This document shows positions 48,934 to 60,884 of a stretch of DNA of 64,000 nt, one piece after another. The DNA is taken from the NCBI RefSeq assembly GCF_006345805.1, contig NC_043007.1, positions 13,330,001 to 13,394,000 on the forward strand, in the 5' to 3' direction. Both the position numbers and the translations under genes were made by a program. This DNA comes from Octopus sinensis. Its lineage: Eukaryota. How positions within the stretch are numbered: the stretch's first letter is position 1; each line of letters starts with the position of its first letter. The notes beneath the pieces were generated by a model. That model did no database searches and was not told the origin of the DNA. It worked only from the letters and a program-made list of their open reading frames with translations.

Positions 48934-51900
48934 TCATCATCATCATCATTTAGCGTCCGTTTTCCATGCTAGCATGGGTTGGACGGTTCTACTGGGGTCT
49001 GTGAAGCCAGAAGGCTTCATCAGGCCCAGTCAAATCTGGCAGTGTTTCTACGGCTGGATGCCCTTCCTAACGCCAACCACTCTGTGAGTGTAGATATATA
49101 TATATATGTATGTATATATAATCAAAATGAGGGTGAAAAATTGGATATTAATTTGATAACATCAATTTTAACACCAGTGGTCCAGCATATAAAAAATACT
49201 GAAATTCAATAAATAGTATTTCATACATAAATATAAGAGGGAATTTTTTTAACCACTAGGTGGAAACCCTTATGCTAGAAGAAGATCTGCTATGGTAGAC
49301 CATAGCAGATCTTCTTCTAGCATAAGGGTTTCCACCTAGTGGTTAAAAAATTCCCTCTTATATTTATGTATGAAATATATATATATTCATTTGTATAAAT
49401 GCAAATTGCAGGAGTGGAACAGGTAAAATTCCAGGTTAGATATGTTTCCTAAGCTAGCAGATCCTCAACAAGGGCTACTCACTCAGCCAGCTACTCGTCA
49501 AGCCGAAGATACCTTAATTATATGAAGGTTACCTCGTTGTTTGGGAACCCCCAAGTTAACTTACTGAAGATGTTATTTGAAATGAGTCTTGAAGCCAGAT
49601 GAACAGTGTAAGACAGATTTATTTTTGTTTCATGATAGCCGGCGAAAAGTTTACCGTCAAAAGGCTGCACAGTTTTTGAAAGAAGGCAAACGAAGTGAAG
49701 CTAAGGAATGTCTCCAGAGGTGTGTGGATATTACTCCAGACATGGCTAGAAAACTCATTGAGGTAAGAACAGTAGATTTCTCTGCATTCATCTCTTTGCT
49801 TTTACCACATTATGTCGGTGAACAGTGCATGGCACTCTTTTCGATGGGGATCAGCTTGTAATAAGGATGTTCAGTCGCTCTTCCTTGGAGACTCAGCATG
49901 ATAACATTTGTAGTGGTTAAGTGTGTATCATGGAACACGGATGCAAATGGAATGTGTAGGTCTTAAAAGTGAAAAATGCGTGAGCCGATCCATGATTAAA
50001 AATGATTTTGGCTATTGCCAGCGTCGCCCCGACTGGCCTCCGTGCCGGTGGCACGTAAAAGCACCATCCGTTCGTGTCCGTTGCCAGCCTCGCCTGGCCC
50101 CCGTGCCGGTGGCACGTAGCACCATCCGTTCGTGGCCATTGCCAGCCTCGCCTGGCCCCTGTGCCGGTGGCACGTAAAAGCACCATCGTGCGGGTGGCAC
50201 GTAAAAAGCACCCACTACACTCACGGAGTGGTTGGCGTTAGGAAGGGCATCCAGTCGTAGAAACACTGCCAGATCAGACTGGGCCTGATGCAGCCTTCTG
50301 GCTCCACAGACCCCAGTTGAACCGTCCAACCCATGCTAGCATGGAAAGCGGACGCTAAATGATGATGACTACATACAGAATGTAAGCAACTGCTACGAGT
50401 TAGAAATATAAACCTTATGGCCATATCACGTTGAAAGCACCGGTTCCTGTCCGATCACCGAGGTTAAGCAACATCGAGCTTAGTTAGTACTTAGATGGGT
50501 GACCGCTTGAGAAACTGTGTCCTCTCCAAACGCCAATTTCTCAGCACAAGAAAATGCTCCTTTGTGAAGCCAGCATGGAGAACGGATGTTAAACGATGAT
50601 GATGATGTTGATGAAACCGAGTACATTTGTGGAAGTCATATATCAGGAATGAATATGTTTGTGTGTGTGAGACAGTAGTCTATCATGGCATTTCGAACAT
50701 TTCTCTCGATCTCTGCGGTTAATTTTTACACATTCACAAATGCAAGCAACCTCTCTTGGTTCCCATGCCAGGGTTATGAAGTGCATAATCCAGTAGAACA
50801 AGTAGAAGTGTGTTGTATACTCCCTATGACTGTGATTGAAGACAATAGTCACAACAGTTTGATACCTCTAATCAAAGGTCCTAAGTATAGTCTTAACCCT
50901 TTCGTTACTATATTACTCTTTTTACTCTTTTACTTGTTTCAGTCATTTGACTGCTGCCATGCTGGAGCACCACCTTTAGTTGAGCAACTCGACCCCGGGT
51001 CTTATTCTTTTTGTAAGCCCAGTACTTATTCTATCGGTCGCTGTTGCCGAACCGCTAAGTGACGGGGACGTAAACACACCAGCATCGGTTGTCAAGCAAT
51101 GCTAGAGGGACAAACACACAAACATATACGCACACATGCACATATACATATATATATATATACATTTATACGACAGGCTTCTTTCAGTTTCCGTCTACCA
51201 AATCCACTCACAAGGCATTGGTGGGCCCGGGCCTATAGCAGAAGACACTTGCCCAAGGTGCCACGCAGTGGGACTGAACCCGGAACCATGTGGTTGGTTA
51301 GCAAGCTACTTACCACACAGCCACTCCTGCGACTATATATTTCTTATTTCTTTACTGCCCACAAGGGGCTAAACATAGAGGGGACAAACAAGGACAGACA
51401 AAGGGATTAAGTCAATTACATTGACCCCAGTGCTGTACATTGCTACTATATTTCTAAGTTAAAAACACCCCTTATGAGTTTCAATTAAATTCTAAAATAA
51501 TCACGAATTTAGGCTGGTTTCATTAAGCAACTGTAACTTTTTTATTTAGCGACATGTTAATGTGATTTTTGGAAAACAATTCAAGAAAAGGTTCTTAATT
51601 TGCATCGCTTTAGTCTCAAAGTAACTCTAATTACAGGTAAATACAGGTGAATCACAAGCTTTTTTCTCGGATTGTTTACTTTCTGTGTAATGGTTTGTTT
51701 CCGCAGATCATGTCATACAAGCTTACATTTGGTTGATTTCTCCATAGCTTTTGTTTAAAAGCCCTCAAATTCAGAATCACTTCTTAATAGCATGAAACTG
51801 TTATCCATTTTAAAAGTTGAAATAAAATCACCAAAGAAAAAAATGTGGAAAAAATTTTCTAAGGCATAGGAGTGGCTGTGTAGTAAGTAGCTTGCTTATG

Positions 51901-52027
51901 AACCACATAGTTCTGGGTTCAGTCCCACTGCTTGGCACTTTGGGTAAGTGCCTTCTACTATAGCCTCGGGCTGACCAAAGCCTTGTGAGTGGATTTGGTA
52001 GACGGAAACTGAAAGAAACCCGTCGTA

Positions 52028-52080
<53 letters not shown>

Positions 52081-53268
52081 ATATGTTTGTGTGTCTGTGT
52101 TTGTCTCCCCAACATCACTTGACAACTGATGCTGGTGTGTTTACATCCTCGTAGCTTAGAGGTTTGGCAAAAGAGACCGATAGAATAAGTACTAGGCTTA
52201 CAAAGAATAAGTCCTGGGGTCGATTTGTTCGACTAAAGGCGGTGCTCCAGCATGGCCACAGTCAAATGACTGAAACAAGTAAAAGAGTAAACTTTGCAGA
52301 GTTCAGATATCACATCAAACAATGTCGGATACTGTACCTCGACTATTTTCAAAGTGAAATCATGTGTTTTCACGCATGTATTAACGAGATTTGTGCTGAA
52401 ATTCACATTTAAATATCAATGGGTTCTCTCGATGTCTTTGGCCAGGTTGGTCGTTTGAGCCAAAAAGTTTTTCAGTGAGGCCCAGTGTCCGAAGATTCTT
52501 GTATAAAACATGTCAACTAATGCATATCACTTGACCATGTGACCAGCCAGACTCTCAGATGTTGTTACACATCACTGGTCACAGTGCGCTTTTGCATCGT
52601 TTTAGCCTTCAAGTGATGCAACCCCATTGGTTAGGAAAGCTGGCTAACACCCCCTCCCCCCGATTAGTAACAAAAGGGTTAAACTGTATCCATTTCCCTT
52701 GCTGCTAATTAGACCAGTAGGAAATCTCTGCCCTGGATAGGATTTGAGTCCCTACAAATCCTCCCAGGTATTCTCTTGGGTAGGATTCCCTACATCACAA
52801 AAGCACATGAAAGAGTAGTGGCTGCTCACAGTTCTATTTATACCACAAGAACTCCACTATGATGGCTTGCTGTGCCAGGGTCTTATTGAAAGCACCCAGC
52901 AGAAGGGCATCAGGCTGTAGAAACCATGTGAACACAGGCATAATGGAGCCCAGGCTGCTCTTCAGTTGGCCAGATCTTGTCTAACTGTCCAAACCATGCC
53001 AGCATGGAGAACATCGGATGTTAAATGAATGAATGAATTCCCTTTGGCCTCTATTAGAGTATACTCTTTACTCTTTTACTTGTTTCAGTCATGTGACTGT
53101 GGCCATGCTGGAGCACCGCCTTCAGTCGAGCAAATCGACCCCAGCACTTATCCTTTGTAAGCCCAGTACTTATTCTATCGGTCTCTTTTGCCGAACCGCT
53201 AAGTTACGGGAACGTAAACACACCAGCATCGGTTGTCAAGCGATGTTGGTGGGGGCAAACACACAAAC

Positions 53269-53324
<56 letters not shown>

Positions 53325-55529
53325 CGGGCTTCTTTCTGTTTCCATCTACCAAATCCACTCACAAGGCTTTGGTTGGCCCGAGGCTGTAGTAGGAGACACT
53401 TGCCCAAGGTGCCTCACAGTGGGACTGAACCCGGAGCCATGTGGTTGGTAAGCGAGCTACTTAACACACAGCCACTCCTACGCCTGTATATGAAGTGTGT
53501 GAGATAAATCTTCCTTTCGCAGGGTAAATAAACAACATCTGTTATTCCATGTCATTTATATTATCTCCTTGATAGATGAAATATTCAATTTTACTTTCCT
53601 TCTTTTAAAACAGGTGTGTCAAAAACAAGGGATTGATTGCATTGTTGCCCCTTACGAAGCTGATGCTCAGTTAGCCTATTTATCGCAATCTGGGATTGCC
53701 CAGATTGTTGTTACCGAAGACTCCGACTTGTTACTATTTGGTTGTGACAGAGTAAGTTTCTCTCACTGTCTCTCCATTACCATTTTTTTGTCTCTTTCTT
53801 CTTATATTAAATTCGTTTTTCAGATCTTTTCGCTTTGACCGGCAGATTTTAAAAATAATTTCTTTGTAACTAAACACTTTTAAACTTTGTAAACTGGTAG
53901 AATGTGTTACATAAAATATCTTTTTCTCTCGGCTTTCTTGAGAAAATTCTGTAGTTTGTAAGCTATTTGGTCTTTAATTTCATATGACACCGGAAATTAT
54001 TGTTGTTGACAACGCTCTGGCGAAATTGTTTTCACCTTAACAGATGTCACTGATTGGTTGAAATTGCCGAAATGCAAGAAATTAAACAACAAATAGCTTA
54101 CAAACTACAGAATTTTCTCAAGAAAACCAAGAGAAAAAGATGTTTTATAAACACATTCTACCAGTTTACAAAGTTTAAAATTTTTTAGTTACAAAGAAAT
54201 TATTTTAAAAATCTGCCAGTCAAAGTGAAAAGATCCCATTTTTCTATGGTAGCTTTGGACATTTGAATAGACTTGGGGCAATTATTTTATTACTGGGAGT
54301 AGTGGCAGGAGATCTACCTTGAAATAGTGACCTGCCTACAACTGGTGGGCAGTATCTTTTAATTAATGGAGTGAGAGCCTTCATTTGTAAATTAGAGCTC
54401 TAAGTTTTTTTCACTTGCACCCACTACACTCTTGGAGTGGTTGGCATTAGGAAGGGCATCCAGCTTAGAAACCTTGATCAATCAGATTGGGGCCTGGTGC
54501 AGCTGCTGGCTTAAAAGAAATCTGGCACTTATTTTAACCACACAGCCATGTCTGTGCTTTTGGCCATTGATTGTGTCAACACGAATGTCCATAAAAGATG
54601 AAATTTTACCACTTTTAATTCAATACTTTGAAAAACGAATTGAATTTCTTCTTTGCAGGTGATTTTCAAGATGGATTTCTATGGAAATGGCATCATGATT
54701 GAAAAATCCAGACTAAATGAAGCCATTGACATCAGAGATGGATTCTACACCTTCAATAAATTTAGACACTTGTGTATTCTGTCCGGCTGCGACTATTTAA
54801 GTTCTTTACCTGGCATCGGCTTAGCAAATGCTTGTAAAGTATTCAAATTAGCCAGACAGGCAGATCTTAGACAGGTAATTTTTTTTCCAATCATATTTTG
54901 CAATTTATAATTTTTTTTCCCACTTTCTTTGACCTCTCTTTTTTTTTTTTTTTTTTTTTTTGCTTATGTCTACCCCATCATCGTTTAATGTCTGCTTTCC
55001 ATGGTGGCATGGGTTGAATGGTTTGACATGGAACTGGCTAGCAACGAGCTGTCCAGACTCCACCTGTCTGTTGTGGCATGATTTCTACGGCTGGATGCCC
55101 ATCCTAACTCCAACCACTTTACTGAGTGTGCTTTCTAGTGGTTTTAGTGAGGTTTTGAGAATTCTGGCGATTTGCTCTAGTTGAGAAGACATGTCAATCT
55201 AAGTGCATTTGTGGTTGTGGCTAGTGCTAGTGACATGTAAAAGACACTTGATAAATTGTAAAGTGGTTGGTGTCAGGAAGGGTATCCAGCTGTAGAAAGC
55301 AAGCCAAAAGAGACTGGAACCGGGTGTAGCTCTCTGGGTTACCAGCTCCAGTCAAAACTATCTGACTCATGCCAGCATGGAGAGCGAACGTTAAATGGTG
55401 ATGATGGGTAAGAGGCACAGAACCTCCGTCCCACTGCGCGGCACCTTGGCCAAATGTCTTCTACTATAGCCTCAGGCCGGCCAAAGTCTTGTGAGAGGGT
55501 TTGGTAGATGGAAACTAAAAGAAGCCCGT

Positions 55530-55560
<31 letters not shown>

Positions 55561-58500
55561 CTAATGTAGGATAAAATTTTTGGGGGGAAACAAATTTTAT
55601 CAATGGCCAGCATATCAAAAAATACCTTTAAAGGTTAAATTTATAAATAATTTACAAAATGAGGGCAGAAGAAAAATTCTAATGCCAAATAGATGGCCAG
55701 CATATCAAAAAATACCTTTAAAGGTTAAATTTATAAATAATTTACAAAATGAGGGCAGAAGAAAAATTCTAATGCCAAATAGATGGCCAGCATATCAAAA
55801 AATACCTTTAAAGGTTAAATTTATAAATAATTTACAAAATGAGGGCAGAAGAAAAATTCTAATGCCAAATATGCCGAAAAAGAGACAAAAATTGTCAATA
55901 ACCATTATAATTTATGTGTCTCGAAACAAACCGATAGAAATTTCTAAAAAATCCGTTATTACAGTATTGTAAATTATATATATATATATACTCTTTTACT
56001 CTTTACTCTTTTACTTGTTTCAGTCATTTGATTGCGGCCATGCTGGAGCACCGCCTTTAATCGAGCAACTCGACCCCGGGACTTATTCTTTTGTAAGCCC
56101 AGTACTTATTCTATCGGTCTCTTTTGCCGAACCGCTAAGTAACGGGGACGTAAACACACCAGCATCAGTTGTCAAGCAATGCTAGGGGACAAACTCAGAC
56201 ACAAACACGCATATATATATATATATATACATATATACGACGGGCTTCTTTCAGTTTCCGTCTACCAAATCCACTCACAAGGCTTTGGTCGGCCCGAGGC
56301 TATAGTAGAAGACACTTGCCCAAGGTGCCACGCAGTGGGACTGAACCCGGAACAATGTGGTTGGTAGACAAGCTACTTACCACACAGCCACTCCTATATT
56401 GCAAATAAGAAAATGGAGAAGCACAATAGTTGGTTCATCAACTTTAAGACAGTAAAATGTTAACTTTAATAATTGGGTATTATACCAACAGTACATTGGA
56501 TAGATATTATCCCTTAGCGGGTTGGACCCACAACACCTAACTTTCTTGGAGTTATATATATATATATATATGTGCGTGTCTCTGTGTCTGTGTTTGTCCT
56601 TCCACCATTGCTTGACAACCGATGTTTGTGTGTTTATGTCCCCGAAACTTAGCAAAAAAAGACTGATAGAATAAGTCTTTGGGGTCAATTTTTTTGACTT
56701 AAGGCAGTGCTCCAGCATGGCCACAGTCAAATGACTGAAGCGTGTAGAAAAGCATAGTAAACAAATGCCCTTTCTGTATTTTACTTTTCTTTTCTTTTCA
56801 TTTCTTGCAGCTTCTTCGTAAAATTCCATCTTATTTAAATAAATCGTTCAGTGTTCCCAACGAATACATCGAAGGTTTCATCCGTGCAGAGAACACGTTC
56901 CTTTATCAGTTGATATTTGATCCCTTAACTCGAAAATTGCTCCCTCTCAACCCTTATCCCGAAGATCTTACACCCGATGACCTTCACTATGCCGGAACGT
57001 ATCCTTTGCAAGAATTCATTTTACAGCAAATTTTGGTTCAGTGTTGCAATGTCTGACACTCAACTCATTCTCAGACATATTGGGATGTGTGATGTTTGTC
57101 TGTGTGAATGTTGGTGTATGTTTGTGTTTAAGAAAAAAAAAACTTGGCATTTTTGTTCCCCCATCACTGTTTCTCAACTGGTGTTGGTGTGTTTACATCT
57201 CTGTAACTTAGCAGTTCGGCAAGGTAGACCGATAGAATAAGTACCAGACTTACAAAAGTACTGGGATCGATACAATCGACTGAAAGTTCTTCAAAGCGGT
57301 GCCCCAGCGTGGTCACGGTCTAATGACTGAAACAAGTGAAAGATAAAACGTATAATAATAATAATAAACATTGTGTACAGTGCTCAGGTGCACTACAACT
57401 CATCTAAAGTGCATATATAATCAGGTGTAGTTTCGACGGATTTCGGAAAGCATGAGGGCCTTAAAGGATGCAGTGTCATGGCAGTCAACAACTGACGCAG
57501 GCAGTTTATTCCATGCTTCAGCAACTCTGAGCATGAAGAAATGTTTCCGAAAGTCATGGGAGCTGTGTTGTTTTCTGACTTTGTAGGCATGTCCACGTGT
57601 GTTAGACACATGGAGATCAAAAAGGTGTTCATATAGATCAAAAAGGTGTATATATATATAAACACACAATCAAATTCTGTGTGTCACCATTGTAATAATT
57701 GATTAATTAATCCTTAATTAATATCTAAGATACATTCCAAGATCTGAAGCGTTTGATATTGCTTTGGGTAACACTGACATTCAGACAAGAAAGAAACTAT
57801 CAAACTTCAATCCTGACACAGATTTGGTAAGTTGCTTTGTTTTTCTATCCTTTTCATTTCTTTTTTCTTTTTTTTTTTTTGCTTTTCTTAAAATTTGAAA
57901 TACAATATGAATTTTTTTCATTACCGTTGCTGGTGGCATGCAATAAGCACCATTCATTCATGTGTGGGTCGCTGCAAGAGCTACCTGACTTGCTCCCTTT
58001 GCTGGTGGTGCGTAAAAAGCACCATCCAAATGTGGTCGATGCCAGTGCTGCCTGACTGGCTCCTGTGTCAGTGGCACGTAAAAGGCACCATCCGAACGTG
58101 GCCGATGCTAGTGGCACGTAAAAAGCACCATTCGAACATGGTCAATGCCAACCCCTTGCCCTGACTGGCTTGTGTGCCAGTGGAACGTGAAAAGCACCAT
58201 CCAAACATGACTAATGCCAGTGCCGCCTGACTGGCTCCCGTGCCAGTGGCACATAAAAAGCACCCACTACACTTTGAGTAGTTGGTGTTTGGAAGGACAT
58301 CCAGCTGTAGAAACATTGCCAGATCAGATTGGAGCCTGGTGCAGCCTCCTGGCTTGCCAGTCCCCAGTCAAACTGTCCAACCCATGCCAGGATGGAAAAT
58401 GGACGTTAGATGATGATAAATAAAATTTAGAATATGAGAGGTTTGCTTTTTGTCTTTTGAGATATACATAGGAAGGAAAGATGACAGAAAGAGAGAGAGA

Positions 58501-60838
58501 GTGTGCGTGTGTGTGTGGTGATGAGGTATCATCATCATCGTTTAACGTCCGCTTTCCATGCTGGCATGGGTTGGACGATTTGACTGAGGACTGGTGAACC
58601 AGATGGCTGCACCAAGCTCCAATCTTGATCTGGCAGAGTTTCTACAGCTGGATGCCCTTCCTAATGCCAACCACTCCGAGAGTGTAATGGGTGCTTTTAC
58701 GTGCCACCGGCACGAGTGCCAGTCAGGCAGTACTGGCAATGGCCACACTCAAATGGTGTTTTTCACGTGCCACCTGCACAGGAGCCAATCCAGCGGCACT
58801 GGCAACGACCTCGCTCGAATGTTCTTTTCACATACCACCGGCACAAGTGCCAGTAAGGCGACGCTGATAACGATCACACTCGAATGGTGCTTTTTACGTG
58901 CCACTGGCACGGAAGCCAGTTAGCTGCTCTGGCAATGATCACGCTCGGATGGTCGCTTCCCAACTAAATGGTTTTGGGTTCAAACCCACAGTATTGCACC
59001 TTGGGCAAGTGTTTTTTTTTTAATAGCCTTGAGCTGATTAAAGCCTTGTGGGTAAATTGGTTAATGAAACTGATTGAAGCCTATTCTGTACGTGTATGTG
59101 TGTGTTTCCTTGTCCTGGCATTGTGGGATAGTTGCAAGCGAGTGTTGCCATCGTACAAATGGCGTTATTTATTTCCAGTCACGCAAAAAAAAAAAAAAAT
59201 TATTTAGTCAAAAAGAAATATCACGTGACTTGCTAACAGGTAAAGGTTGTTGACTGGAAGGGCACCCAGCCATGCGAAAATCTACTTTACTGAGTTCTGT
59301 CTGATCCATGTGATCATGAAAAAGGGGGACATTAAAATGATGGTGGTGGCAACGACAAGGATGATGATGATGATGATGATGATACCACCATCTCCTCTGC
59401 TGATGACAATGCTCGAGATGAAATAATTCACTTATTTTGCATGTTTTTCTACCAAAATTCCTTCTTCCTCCCATATCTATCCTCTTCCTTCCACATATGT
59501 CCATAATTTGTTGAAGGAACCACTTCCCCTCACGTTTTCACGACAGACACACACACACACACTTTCTCTCTTTCTCCCCCTCTGTCTCTGTTGTTCTCTC
59601 TCTTTATCTCTCTCTCTCTCTTCTGTTATCTTTTCTTCCTATATAGACCCCGAAAATTGTAAACCTCCTCCCACATTGTAAATTCTTCATTAACAGGCAT
59701 CAACCCCTCCACCTCAACCACTTCGCCCCCCTCCTCCACCCTCCCCCTACACAGTTCTCTTCACATGCCTGATCAGAAGTGATAAGCCAATGAATTAATG
59801 GTGACGTGCTTACTGGGGCTTGTTGACCCCTTCCACTCACCCCAACCCCCGCTCTCCTCCTTCTCCTCCTCCTCGAAATATTCATAAATCTTATCATCAA
59901 TATAATCAAATTGTTATCGTCAGAACAATATTTAAAGACGGGAGAAGAGAAGAATTTATTGCACCCATCTATTCCAGCCTATTGTTAGGTGTGTGAGGGG
60001 CGGGAAGAGGAGGGAGAATGATTGGAAAAAGAAGGTGTGATGGGAGGGGTGTTGGGGGAAAATAGAGAGAGGAAGAGACACAGATATTGTGTGCATGTGT
60101 GTGTGTGTGTGTGTAAAGGAGAGAAAGAGAGATGAGATAATTATTGAAAAGATTCCATTTAATTTTTTTTTTTTTAGCCTATAAGATCTCAAACTGCTTT
60201 AACAATGCCTTGGCAATAAACTAGGAGTTAGGCTGCTCTGCTCTACGACTGCCTCTTCAGGCTTGGCTTTGTGGTTAAGAAGCTTGCCTTGCAACCGTGG
60301 GGGCTTGGGGTTCAGTCCTACAGTGTGGTACCTTGAGCAAGTGTTTTTTCTTTGCTAGAGCCCTGGGCCGATTGTTGCCTTGCGAGTGAATTTTGTAGAT
60401 GGGTTCTGTGTAGAATCCTGAAGTGTGTGTGAGTGGGTAAAGGAGCTTGCTTCCCAACCACATGGTTCCAGGTTCAGTCCCACTGTGTGGTCACCTTGAG
60501 CAAGTGTTTTTTTTTTACTATAGCCTCAGACCATCTGGAGCCTTGTGAGTGGATTTGATAGATGGAAACTGAAAGAAGCCCATCAAATATATATATATAT
60601 ATTATATATGTGTGTGTGTGTGTGTGTGTATGTATCATTGTGTCTGTCCTCCATTACCTTGACAACCGATGTGGTGCGTTTTTGCCCCTGCGATTTAGCA
60701 GTTCAGCAAAAGAGACTGATAGAATCAGTACTAGGCTTAAAAAATATGTTCTGGGGTTGATTTGTTTGACTAAAACCCCTCAAGGTGGTGCTCCAGCATG
60801 GGCACAGTCGAATAACTGGAACAAGTAATAGAATAAAA

Positions 60839-60884
<46 letters not shown>

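Noticed and set aside
50413-50514. Functional 5S rRNA gene
   Set aside because: Lacks the last ~18 nt, the helix I partner strand and the terminator; single copy with substitutions.
55580-55972. 130-aa ORF with a triple 30-aa repeat
   Set aside because: Product of the 90-nt tandem repeat; TTG start, intronic, no recognisable domain.
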